From: Vicugna vicugna
Lineage: Eukaryota
Assembly: GCA_013265495.1 (NCBI GenBank)
Contig: MU057632.1
Coordinates: 294,054 to 358,053 of the forward strand
Direction of reading: 5' to 3'
Length of the DNA: 64,000 bases
Below are positions 1 through 11,373 of the stretch, in pieces; within the stretch, counting starts at the first letter, position 1, and every line of letters begins with the position of its first letter. The position numbers and the translations under genes are program-made. The notes beneath the pieces are model-generated. The model was not told the origin of the DNA. It searched no databases and was given only the letters and a program-made list of their open reading frames with translations.

Positions 1-621
1 CCACTCACTGCACACTTGGGGTCTCCAGAAATGTGCCTCGTCCCCTATTTCTGGCTCATCTTCCAAGCTTCCCTGAACTTAACATACTCCTGAGCCCAAT
101 CAATGCTCACACCATTTTCTAAACTTGCCACGCATGCGTCTTTGCTCCCGTGTTTGACCACCGGTTAAAGAAGAGGGTTGGTCTGTCCAAACATTAGTGT
201 GTAGCAAAACCACTCTAGTTTGAAAAAACATCAGACTAGATATAAACTTAAAAGAGGATTGGCTAAGATTTAGCAAGAAAAATATTTCTAAAAGACAGAC
301 TGGAACTGGGTGAGGGATTAGAACCAGTTAACATCGTTCTGAACACAAATGTCAAATGCAGGAAAAGAAAAGAGGGTTGGGCGTTTCCTTTACTGAAATG
401 AATGCAGGAAAAAATTATAGGTGAGGGTGTCCAGATGCTGAAATAACACCCAAGGGAAGAAGTGTTCAGGAAGTAGCTCCAAGGACCACCTGATTAACAA
501 GAGAGCAAGTTAAGGGAGAGGGGTACAAATGACCTGCACGAGGTCACAGTTTGTCTGCGGTGTGAACTCCCACACCTGGTGTAGATGCACTACTATATTT
601 AAAGGGATCAAACTCTCTTTT

Positions 622-1079
622 TAAAAAAAAAATTTAAAAATTTAATTCTCTTCCTCTTTTTTTTTTTTTTGGTAGGGGGAGATAATTAGGTTTATTTATT
701 TATTTACTTAAAAAAAAACACCTTTATTGTGGTATGGTTCCTGTACAGTAAATGACACATATTTCAGGTATACAATTTAATGAATTTTGATAGATTTATA
801 CACCAATGAAACCATCACCACAATCAAGATAGCTAACATTTCCATTACTCCCCAAGAGGTAAAGCTTTGGAATTCCCAATTTATCACTTCCCATCCCCTT
901 TACCCCCTGGTAACCATAAGTGTTTTCTCTATGTCTGTGAGTCTGTTTCTGTTTTGTAGATAAGTTCATTTGTGTCCTTTTGTGTCCTATTAATTTACTT
1001 TTGATGGAGGTACTGGGGATTGAACCCAGGACCTTGTGCATACTAAGCATGTGTTCTACCACTAAGCTATACTCTTCCC
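622..1079 (-). mobile_element. tRNA-Ala-derived SINE (Vic-1-like), interrupted by a ~280 bp insertion
   Basis: Head at 1004-1079 resembles tRNA-Ala(AGC) in reverse complement; Vic-1-type tail 'ggggagataattaggtttatttattt' at ~675-709; 14-bp TSD tcaaactctctttt at 608-621 and 1080-1093. Confidence 0.85.
710..987 (-). mobile_element. Chimeric L1 fragments (old L1MB/MC-type 3' end ~721-860 plus younger L1 3'UTR piece ~870-985) inside the SINE
   Basis: 'ctttattg...accatcaccacaatcaagata..aacatttccattactcc' is typical of the L1MB/MC 3' end; 'ccctggtaaccataag..tctatgtctgtgagtctgtttctgttttgta' is shared with other young L1 ends in this window. Confidence 0.7.
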
Positions 1080-1529
1080 TCAAACTCTCTTTTGATTACC
1101 CAGTGAAGAAGACGACACAGGTCATGATATAGGCAGACAGGTGGACTGGGAGGTGATGAGGGAGGAGGTGGCAGGGGAGGAGATGAAGGCGTTGATGCTA
1201 CAAGACAGCTTCAGTGTACAGCTGAGGCTTGGTCAGGATTGTGATGGACGTTCCCTGTGCTGTGGGCTCTGAGCCTCCTGGTAACGGGTACCCTACACCC
1301 AACATCTACCTGCTGGAAATGTCTAGAGCTCACACACAACACAGCTGTCGTGGGCATGGGAAGACTCATACAAACTGCATGGCTGATCTACAGCCACACG
1401 CAGGTCCCCTTCAATACTGACTGATGCTTTTTCTCAAATTCCAGCCCATCCAGGACACTTTGCTCAAATCTAGGCATCTAACTGCCTAAAGTTATATTTT
1501 CACTTTCTGATTTTTTTTTCTGAGAAGGA

Positions 1530-1779
1530 GTCCAGCAGAGTAACTAAGAGCACAGACTGAGTCAGAGACCCTGGTTGGAATCCTGGTTCCAACATTTATC
1601 AGCTGCTTGATCTGGGGAACTTCACTTCTCCGATTCCCTCTTTCCTCCCCGATAAAATGGGAAAGGTATCTACCTCACAGGTTTGTTGTAAGAATAAAAT
1701 GAGCAAACCACCAAAAAGCATGTAGAAAAGCAGCTGGTAAACGCAACCACTCAACACATGCTAGTGATGATGATGATGA
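1530..1779 (+). mobile_element. MIR SINE
   Basis: 'gagtcaga..cctggttggaatcctggttcc..taaaatggg..tacctcacaggtttgttgtaagaataaaatga' MIR core. Confidence 0.8.
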
Positions 1780-2957
1780 CTTATGTCACCATAAATTGTT
1801 AATTTATCAAAGATTATGATGTAACAAATTACATGATAATATTGCAAACTAACAGTGGGTTGTAATAGCTATATTTTGAGGTTCCTGTCTCACTCATAAC
1901 CTCTCTTTAAGAGCTGCCTGGGTCTTTACAGCCTGCTGCATGGGCAGGTCTATATGACCCTAGAGGACTTTGTGCCTGTCCTCTCTTCCCCTGCAAGATC
2001 ACCAGACCAGAGGCAAACACCCGGTGCAGGGCCAACTGGTCTGCTGAACAGCCATAGACACTCAAGTCATTTGGGAAAAGGTCATATAGGGTCAAGAGAC
2101 CAAGAGAGAACAGGAGGGGAGGGAAAGGAGGTGGGCCTGGAGGAGGTGAGAATGCCCTGGAGCCCTTGAAGAGTTCCCAGTTCCCAGCTCCAGTCTCCAT
2201 GAATCCTTTCTGGACCTCGCGCAACTTTTCTTCTCAATACTTGTCACGTGTTGACTTGAGTTTGTTGACATGAACTTTTGTTCTTTCACTGTAATATGTT
2301 CCAATGCCATAAGTATATACACACACGAGAGCCCCCAGTTAGGTAGGACCCCCAAGCTTTCTTTGGTAGCTATTTGGAACAGGTGTCATCCTATACCCCC
2401 CACTTACATCCTCATTTGTCTGGTGTGATGTCCTGGAGGGGAGGGGGCTGCTGGGGAGCATCCATCCAGTTCCCTCTGGGGTTCTGATTAGGAATTTGAC
2501 TGTCTTTTCTCTTCTCTCTGGCTCTGACCCTCCCCCCAAATCCTCAAGGTTCTGGGAGGAATAAGATTTGCCTGTACTCATAAACAGCCCTCTCTCTCAT
2601 GCCTTTGAAACATATTCAGAAAAATGGTTACCTTCATATTCGGAGACTTTTGATCACAGGAACCATTAAAATAACAACAGAAAGTGTCCTCTACACTAGG
2701 CTCTGTCAGTCAAAGCCCATCCTAAGTGTATTTCAAGACAAAGAGCTTCACAAAATGCCAATAGATGTTAGTAGAAAACAGGGTACTATCTTAAACTTTA
2801 AATTTGGCTTGGGTTTAAAAAAGTCAAGCAAGACTTATGAGAGATTTTAAAATGCTAATGTGTTCTAGGAACCTTTAAGAAGATGCACCTGTTCCTGAGA
2901 TATCATTTTGTTTTTTTTTTTTTATGATTGGTCTCTTCTCTTTCAGTCTTCTAAAAA

Positions 2958-3773
2958 ATTTTTTTTAAATTGAAGTATAGTTGATTTACAGTGTTGTATT
3001 AGTTCCTGGTGTACAGCATAGTGATTCAGTTATACATACATATATTCTTTTCATTACAGGTTACCACAAACCATTGAATATAGTTCCCTGCATTATACAG
3101 TAGGGTCATGTTCTTTATCTACTGTGTACATAGTAGTTTATATCAGCCAGTCTCAAACTTCCATTTATTCCTCCCTCCCCACTCTCCCCTCTGGGAACCA
3201 TAAGTTTGTTTTCTATGTTTGTGAGTCTGTTTCAGTTTTGTAAATAAGTTCATGTGTGTCATTTTTTAGATTCTACATATAAGTGATATCTAATGATATT
3301 TGTCTTTCTCTGTATTACTTCACTTAGTATGATCATCTCTAGGTCCATCTGCATTGTTGCAAATGACATTATTTCATTCTTTTTTATGCCTGAGTAATAT
3401 TCTATTGTATGTATATACCACATCCTCTTTATCCAGTCATCTGTTCATGGACGTTTAAGTTGCTTCCATGTCTTGGCTACTATAAATAGTGCTGCTGTCA
3501 ACATGGTGGGTGCATGTATCTTTTTGAATTATAGTTCCCTCTGGATATGTGCCCAGGAGTGGGACTGCTGGATCATAAGTCTATTTTTAGTTTTTAAAGG
3601 AATCTCCGTACTGTTCTCCCCAGTGGCTGCATCAAACTACATTCCTACCAACATTGTAGGAGGGTTCCCTTTTCTCCACACTCTCTCCAGCATTTATCAT
3701 TTGTGGACTTTTTAATGATGGCCATTCTGACTGGTGTAAGGTGACACCTCATTGCAGCTTTGATTTGCATTTC
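2958..3773 (-). mobile_element. L1 3' end, 5'-truncated
   Basis: T-tract then 'ttgaagtatagttgatttaca...' and standard L1 3'UTR/ORF2-end antisense sequence ending 'ttgatttgcatttc'. Confidence 0.92.
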
Positions 3774-3839
3774 TGAGATGTTACTTTTTCATGCCTCGTA
3801 GAGACATAGAGAACCCAGTTTGGAAAGTTTAATCTAGAT

Positions 3840-4074
3840 CAATGGATCTCAGTCAGAGATTTTGTCCACCACTTTCCTCCCAGCCTCTCCTGAGACCATT
3901 TGGCAATATCTGGAAACATTTCTGATTGTCACACCTTGGGGGTGGAGGTTTGGTACTGCATCTAGTGGACAAATCCAAGGATGCTGCTAAACATCCTACG
4001 AGGTACAGGACATCCACCTACAAGAGAGAATTATCTGGTCCCAAATGTTGACAGCGATGAGACTGAGAAACCAG
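3840..4074 (+). mobile_element. MER20-like hAT-Charlie DNA transposon
   Basis: 'catttggcaatatctggaaacattt..gattgtcac..ggatgctgctaaacatcctac..gaattatctgg'; degenerate TIRs; 8-bp TSD atctagat (3832-3839) / gtctagat (4075-4082). Confidence 0.88.
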
Positions 4075-4117
4075 GTCTAGATTATAGTAATGTCGTCCAG
4101 TAATATCAGTGGTAACT

Positions 4118-4244
4118 GGAGGGGTTGGAGGGAGATGGGCAAAGTGGAGGGAGAGGTGGGGAAGGTGGAAGGAGAGGTGGGTGAGGTGGGGAAGGGGGAG
4201 GGGGAGGTGGGGAAGGTGGGGAAGGTGGGGAAGGTGGGTGGGGG
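4118..4244 (+). repeat. G-rich ~9-bp-period tandem repeat (ggggaaggt)n
   Basis: Directly visible; produces the GKV/GEV and HLP periodic ORFs. Confidence 0.9.
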
Positions 4245-5409
4245 TCCCTGTGCACAGTCTTCCTTCCCAGGGCAAAACACCATATGAAAGCTTTTAAATC
4301 TCCCAGAAGCTGTACCAGAATGAGTTCTCTGCAGGTCCCCAATGTTCCCAGTTCAACAAAAAGCTTTTCCACATCTCTCAGTCTTACTATATTTCATTCT
4401 TTAAAAATATTTCAGATTTACAACATAAAAGGGAAAGTCAGGGTGAAATCAGTATTAGTATTTATTTTTCCCCTGACCTCACGCTTTCCCGAGATTTACT
4501 CAGTCTAATTTATTTCTGCCACACGCCGTGGGTGGTAAGTACTAGAGGTGCCCCGGGGTACCAGCGGAAGGCGAGATGGAGGCCTGTCCCTCCCACCCCC
4601 CTTCCTTCTTCCTGCGTCAGCAAACCCCTCCGGGCCCTGAGCTTTTCCCCCTCTCCTGGAGTCGCTCTGCCTCCTGTCCCAGATGGAACTCACTCCCGTG
4701 AATATATAAGCACCCTATAGCCTTGCTCCTCCACGGCCGGGGCAGACATTCGTGGTGCAGGAAGAGAACGAAGAAACAAACGTCCGTGTGAAGTTCTCTG
4801 GCATCTGTACTTCTGTGGGGGTCTGCCCAGGGCCTCTCAGATCTGTCTTGGAGGTGACCGTAGAAGTTGAAACTCCTGACATAGGATGTGAGGATGCCTT
4901 TTAGAGACATCATTCATTCGCCATCAGGAAGCATCATCACCGAAGGCAGAAATGGCCCAGAAAGCAGAGGGGTGTGGACTCAGTCCCCATCCCGGCTGAG
5001 CCACACAGGGGCTCTCCCCTGGCCCTTCCTCTAGCTCACGTCAACCTGAGTCCCGTGGAGACCCAGGTCTACCTTGGAACGGTGGTGCTCCAGTGCGTGG
5101 AAAAGGCATCCTCACTAAGGCCCGGGTAACACACTACTGCCCCATCTCCGGGCCCTTTGCAGAGAGGAAGCTGGCTTTCCCTGGCTGACCACTAGGGCTG
5201 GCCAACTGGACAGAGAAAATCTGTGTTCCCACTGATCAGACAGCTCTAGAGAGCTTCATGCTTAAATCAGAGAAGGCTGGGCTATTCCTTCCACCTGCTC
5301 CTTAATATGTCATTGTCCATATGATTAAGGTCAATCTTTTTTGGTAAATAAAAGCAGACTTATTCAATCACATCCTGCAGGAGACTGTAGTCATATGGGA
5401 AAGCTCTTT

Positions 5410-5541
5410 ATTATTTCCTGTTTTTATTATTAGGGGAAGGTAATTGGGCTTATTTATTTTTCGGTGGAGGTACTGGGGATTGAACCCAGGACCTCATGCA
5501 CACTAAGCAAGCACTCTCACCACTGAGCTCTACCCTCCCTC
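5410..5541 (-). mobile_element. Vic-1-like SINE
   Basis: 'ggaggtactggggattgaacccaggacc..ccactgagctctaccctccc' plus tail; imperfect TSD ggaaagcWctt. Confidence 0.9.
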
Positions 5542-6553
5542 TTCTGTAGGAAAGCACTTAAGATTTACTGAAGGGTGAGGTATGAAAGGGAAGAATCCGC
5601 TTCCACCGCAGCGGGACTGACAACAGGAAAGTCATTTCCCCTTTTGACAAGGAGAGGGTTGACTGGTAGGATCAGCAGTTGGAGAAATCAGGTTGGACTC
5701 AGGCTTGTGCGGGAAGTATCCGCGTCTGCATAGCTGTTCCCAAGGAGGGCAGGGGACCGCGTGCCTTGGCCTCCCAGCATCGCATCCCTACTCTTCCGTA
5801 TCATCCATCATGCAGCCCCCATCCTTTTTTCCCCTCTGGCTCCCCACGATTTTCCCTGGAAGGTCTCAGAGAGTGGACTGCGATCAGTTTCATCTTCAAA
5901 ATTTTCAGGCAGGCACGATGGCGGAAGCTACTGGATTCCAGCCCAACAGGGGTAAGGCCGAAACCTGAACTGTGTTTGCCGCATATTTGAAATTAATACC
6001 CACTACTAATCCTGGGTCAATAATAAAGGGGGAAGAAGTCATGTAAGGAGAAATTACTGCCCTAGAAAGATTCTGCTTTCTTGCTGTAGCTTCTGGACTT
6101 GTGTAAAAGAGCTCAGTTTTAATAATGTAACAGTAAAAAATAAATGACTTCTCTTCAAAAAACTGATTCCATAGCTCTGTCTCAGTTCCCAAGACTATCT
6201 ATCAGAGATAGACCCAAAGCCACAGAGTAGCCACAGTCCGGGGAGGGATTCAATTAGCTAATTTGCGTGTGGGGCTCTGTTTGGACTTGTTTCTGTGCAA
6301 ATTCTGGTTTGGATGAGAACCGCGGTACAGACTGTGATTTTCAGTAGTATCTACGCATTTCTTAGAGCCTACATTTCAAGCCAGATTCATTCTCATCTGT
6401 TAATATCCAAACTGGATCTTGCAGAAATAGTTACACAAGGTTAGATGTGAAAGCAGAATACTGTAAATGAAGCTGTCGTTTTTCTGATGGTTGGAGATTA
6501 CTGACAGCACTTAAAATTTAGTCAGTATGCCTGCGTGTGATCATGAGTGCGTC

Positions 6554-6584
6554 TGTGTGTGTGTGTGTGTCTGGGTGTCTGTGT
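6554..6584. repeat. (TG)n microsatellite
   Basis: Visible dinucleotide run. Confidence 0.85.
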
Positions 6585-6974
6585 ACACATGTGAAGCACA
6601 TCACACAGAGAAAGGTCTGCTTTTAATCTTCTTTCCCCTTTAAATTTTCAAGCCCTCAGCACAGACACACTTCTTATTTTTTTTAAATAATTTTTCCTAA
6701 AAACTTAAAAACTTAAGATTCTTTGTGGTCATTTTTTTTTTCTTTTTAGATAAGCAAAAGCAAAAAAACATGGACCTTTTTCTTTGGGAGCAAAGAATAA
6801 ATGGTTCTTTAATCTTTTTAAAGTCAGAGGCAGAAAACCTTTGAAGCCAGACTGTATCATTGTCAACCAAGCTCTTTTAATCAGAACAGACATCCCCGTA
6901 GCCTGGAAGTTCTTCCTGTGTCTAACCTCAATATATGCTGCTGACGTCTCTGGTGACTTTTCTTTTCAACATCT

Positions 6975-7121
6975 TTATTTATTTATTTATTTATTTTTAG
7001 TGGGGGAGGTAATTAGGTTTATTTATTCATTTACTTATTTTTTAATGGTAGTGCTGGGGATTGAACCCAGGACCTCGTGCATGCTAAGCAGGCACTCTAC
7101 CACAGAGCTATACTCTTCCCC
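6975..7121 (-). mobile_element. Vic-1-like SINE
   Basis: tRNA-Ala-like head, 'gggggaggtaattaggtttattt' tail, (TTTA)n. Confidence 0.92.
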
Positions 7122-8004
7122 AGTGACTTCTTATTTTGCCTCAGTGGCCAAAAAAAAAAAAGAAAGAAAAGAAAATCTGCATTTTTTTTTGTTGCAACAT
7201 TTTTTTTTAACCAAAAGCAAAGCCTTCATTAAGTCTTTCCTTTGGCATCTCTTTTCTTGACTACATAACCCCAACACTTTTACCTTTTTTCAATTAATAG
7301 GTTCTGTTTTCTCGTTCTCATGTTATTCTTGTACTTTTCCTCCTCACATCTTTCTGTGAAAAGCCAGAGCCATAGAAAAGGCAACATTCTCCATTGAGTG
7401 GGGAGAACAAGCCAGAGACAGCCAGCCAGCCAGGAGGGTTTATTTGGTCTGGGTTTTGCGTGTTTCCTTTGACCCTGAGACCTGCTGAGCTTGCATCCCT
7501 CCAAAGGCTCCCTGCCACCCTCCCGCCGCCCACACTTTGCAGGTCCATAAATACAGAGCAGTCCCTGGCTGGAGCCAGTGACCCAGCCAATGGCAATCCA
7601 GGAACCTCTGCTGACTGGACCACCCCACCCCACCCCCACACAATTTATCCTCATAAAACCCTCTCCTTGATAAAGAAACCAAGATGCATCCTTCAGCTCT
7701 TTTATCACTGCATCAGGAGTTTTCCTGTTTTATTTTATTTTTTTAAAACCGGCTTTTATTGTGTTTTATATTTGTGTTTGTATTTCCACACTTGAAATGG
7801 GGAAAAGAACGCTCCTTGGCATGGCAGGTGTGTCTGTGGGATGCTGGGGCCTCAAAACATGAGACCGGTTCTCTCCCCTACTCTCCTCTCTTATCAGCAT
7901 GGACAGATGGGTTCCCACCGGTGACTTGGTCCTGAAAGGCAGCCACTCCTTGGAGCTTTGATGACCCCACCCTGAAGCGCCTCCTTCTGGTGGAAAAGAA
8001 ACTA

Positions 8005-8165
8005 CTGCGTCTGTTTCTGTTTTGTAAATAAGCTCATTTGTGTCATTCTGAAAGATACATGTATATGTATAACTGAATCACCATGCTGTATCGATGTGAC
8101 CAGAAATTAACACAACACTGTAAGCCAACTATACATCAATAAAAAAATAAAACATGTAAAAAAAG
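8005..8165 (+). mobile_element. Short L1 3' end with inverted 5' segment
   Basis: 8005-8047 is antisense L1 3'UTR ('gtctgtttctgttttgtaaataag.tcatttgtgtcatt'); 8048-8165 is the sense terminus with aataaa and A-tail. Confidence 0.75.
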
Positions 8166-8512
8166 AAAGAGAACATATTTGCAGGCTAAAACATTATCCT
8201 GTTTCCCTTCCCCTCACCAATCAAACAAGCCCACGTACCCTTCCGAGGTTTTCTCTAGTACGTTTATTATTCTTATGAAGTTCCGCATTGGCGCCTGCTC
8301 CAGCTTGCACTGAGTTAGTAACCTCTCCAGATGCCATCTGGACCTGCCACAGTTCCTTGGTTCCAAGTTGCTAGATTCTAAGTCCTTGATTTTGAAGTAC
8401 AAGGACCCCATTTACAGTGTCCAAAGGCTCTACACGAGGGCAGTGGTACTTTATGCAACTGTCCACTGAGAGAACACATAACAAACCACTACGCAAATTC
8501 AGTGATGCTTTG

Positions 8513-8779
8513 CCATAGAGGAAAGGGAGGAGGGATAGATTAGGAGTTTGGGATTAACAGAAACACACTACTATATATAAAACAGATAAACAACAAGGTC
8601 CTACTGTAGAGCATAGGGAACTATCTTAAATTTCTTGTAATGAACTGTAATGGAAAAGAAGCTGAAAAAATATGTTTGTATGCATATAACTGAATCACTT
8701 TGCTGCACACCTGAAACTAACATTGTAAATCAACTACACTTCAATAAAAAAATAATAATAAAAAAGAAAATAGGTTAAA
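8513..8779 (+). mobile_element. L1 3' end, 5'-truncated
   Basis: Sense L1 3'UTR, aataaa and A-tail; perfect TSD aaattcagtgatgctttg at 8495-8512 and 8780-8797. Confidence 0.93.
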
Positions 8780-10389
8780 AAATTCAGTGATGCTTTGGAA
8801 TGAATTTTTCTAATCACAACAGCATCTGGACACCTTTGAAAAACATCTGTGCACATATGTGGGACACCTAATATTGACTTTCTAGTGATGATGCTCAGCG
8901 GACCCATGGATGCTGCACCCCTTGCCAGCACTCAGTCTCCTGGGGACCCTCAGGATACACAGTGGGGACCCCTGATCCAGGGAATAATATTTAAGTGGAC
9001 CCGGCGCCACGAATTCCTCAACTCGCATGATTCCCCGGTGGCCTTGAGATCAGGTTTAGGTCTGAATTTCTGTAATTTTACTACAGGGAACAAACTGAGC
9101 ATTTCCCAAGGTGGCCGAGCATCAAGAACACCACAGATTAAGATCTAAATGAAATCTACTGGCGGTGAGAAAGGAGGAAGTGGAAAAATGCACCTGGAAT
9201 TTCAGACTGCAGCTAATACCCCAAACATTTCCATTAGGGTTTTAATCTAAATTAAGATGGATCTGTAGATCATGGATGAAGAAGGCAGAAGCATGCATCA
9301 GATTCAAAGAAGTCTGACAACAGTTCCCCCTGAAGTTCTGACTAGGAACTTGACTCTTGTGGTCAAGTTGAAAGGTCTCACGACTTGGATTTACTACGGA
9401 ATCAGAGTGATGACAAAACCTGAGCATTCTGTATCACATAGGGCTACAAATGTCCCTGATCAATTCAGGATAAAGGAAAACACTCGATGGCAGTTCTGGG
9501 AACTCACAGACAGCTTGGAAACTAAGCAAGAAGGACCCTGGATTAACAGGAGATGGAAAGCTCTATTTTCTAGTGGAAGTATCTGCAAACTTAGTCCACA
9601 GATCTAATCCGTCAATGCTCATTATGAAAAAGTCACGGAGTAATAAACTCATAAGTCTTTTTCATTTGCCTTTTGTGTGCATAGCCCTGGGCTGCCAACT
9701 ACATGAGATTACCCTAAGTCATTATTTTTGGTGATGATGAGTGCTTTGGATCCTAACCAAGCTCAGTCTGTCAACATTTGGGATGATGATGCCACCAGTT
9801 CATAGAAGTGCCGCCCTCACTCCCCAGGTGTGTGTCTGCTTACTCTCTCATGCTTGCTCTCCAATCTCTTCCCCTCCTGGATGCTCATAATTAGAAATTC
9901 AGTGTGTTTGAACCTTGCTACTAAGGAAGAAGAAAGGGGCACTGCCAAATGGGGAAGAAGAAAATGCACAGACAAGCCTTCTGAAGCCCAGAAGCCATCA
10001 GCAAAACTGCCGGCTCAGAAGGAATGCAACGTCAGTGGGAAAAGTGGGCAGGATCGCCAAGGAGGGGAGACTGCCAAAAAGGAACTGCTGTTTTGTCAGA
10101 TGAAGTCAAAAACTTCTTTGCCCCAGATTCAGCACCCAACACAAACACATAAGATGGCCTTTGTTGGGCAGACTTGCATTGAACCTTTAATCCAGTGCAC
10201 CCTCAATGACAGGCTAGCATGCTGGCCTGGTCAACCCTTCCCTTGCCTGGATTTCTGCACAATTTCCGTAGCAGCAGCATGACTGGACTCTCTGCTACAA
10301 GGCACACAAGGACCCACTTCTCAATCTCTCTTATTTGCCAGGCACCATTCTGGGCACCCATCCGACTCACCACTCCTACCTTTGAACAG

Positions 10390-10530
10390 TCTTTCTCCTT
10401 CTTCACATGAAAGCCAGAATGATTTCTCTAAAACCTAAATGTGGCCAGGTCATTTTCCAGCTGCAGATTCTTTCCACTGCACTTTGGATAAAATTCAAAT
10501 CTGGGTGATCAAGCTGTCCACGGGCTGAGG
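10390..10530 (+). mobile_element. L2 fragment
   Basis: 'agccagaatgatttctctaaaacctaaatgtggccaggtca..ggataaaattcaaatc' resembles the L2 3' region. Confidence 0.6.
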
Positions 10531-11338
10531 TTGGCCCCATCTGGAGTCACAGGCACAGGCTCTCTGTGTGAGTGTCCCTCCTGGGGCCTCTCCCACCCAG
10601 TCCCCCATGCAGATGTCCAAGACAATTGTATCTCCTGTCTATGGCTTCCTGCGGTCATCAGTTGATGTGAAATTGATGAACTGTTGTCCTTCCTTCAGTG
10701 CTGATCACACAGTGAGGGCTAAGTCACAATCACTCTTGACACGTTATGTGTATTGTTACTCACATTCATCAGCTCCTCATTTAGGAAGCTGTCCAGACAC
10801 TCAGAACAACCAAATTCAGAGTTCAATGGTATTTGATTAAGAGGAGTAGGAGGTCCACGCAAGAGGTAAAGAAGTGTACAGAGAACAGTACACAAGGGCA
10901 ACGATTTATCCATTTCAAACAGACACAAAAGCCTTCTCATTCTATAAGAGTGATTATAAATGAAAGGGTTTACATTTATGACTGTCTACACATTAATCAG
11001 CCAATCAGATGAGGAACGAAAGGTAAGAGAATGCTTCATGGGTGATAATAATAAAAATATAATAATTCTTACACTATTCAGTATGAGCACTATATGCACT
11101 GACGGATGGTTCCTTTTCTATCTCTGTCACTGTGAAACACTAAGAGCAGATTTAACATTTATGGTTTTCAACTGTAAGATGAAAAAGTTAAAAGAAATGA
11201 ACTTTAATGTCACTTCCAGCTCTAGATTCATGACTTCTATTGTCATTTTCTTGGAAGTGTTTGAGGAAGAAAAACAATGAATCCTAGAGCTTGAATTATC
11301 AATGATGAGCAAACTAGCTTAATGGTTAAATACTATTC

Positions 11339-11373
11339 CTGCAATTCAGGTGTATCACCATCAGGTGGCAGTA
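11339..11373 (+). promoter_or_regulatory. Candidate CTCF site with upstream module
   Basis: Core ccatcaggtggcagta at 11358-11373, and tgcaattc at 11340-11347 at the canonical upstream-motif spacing. Confidence 0.55.

Noticed and set aside
1004..1079. tRNA-Ala(AGC) genes (this copy and the nine similar ones)
   Set aside because: They carry SINE tails or polyA and often TSDs, have stem mismatches and are dispersed, so they are SINE heads rather than tRNA genes.
4018..4372. Periodic ORFs (GKVGEV, HLPHLP, PPSPPS, WGRWGR)
   Set aside because: Translations of a 9-bp G-rich tandem repeat that is open in several frames on both strands.
6784..7260. Longest ORF (158 aa)
   Set aside because: Runs through an antisense SINE (VLGIEPRTSCMLS) and A/T tracts; TTG start.
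9272..9607. 111-aa ATG ORF as a possible retrogene
   Set aside because: No recognisable homology, polyA tail or TSD; BLASTX would be needed to revive it.
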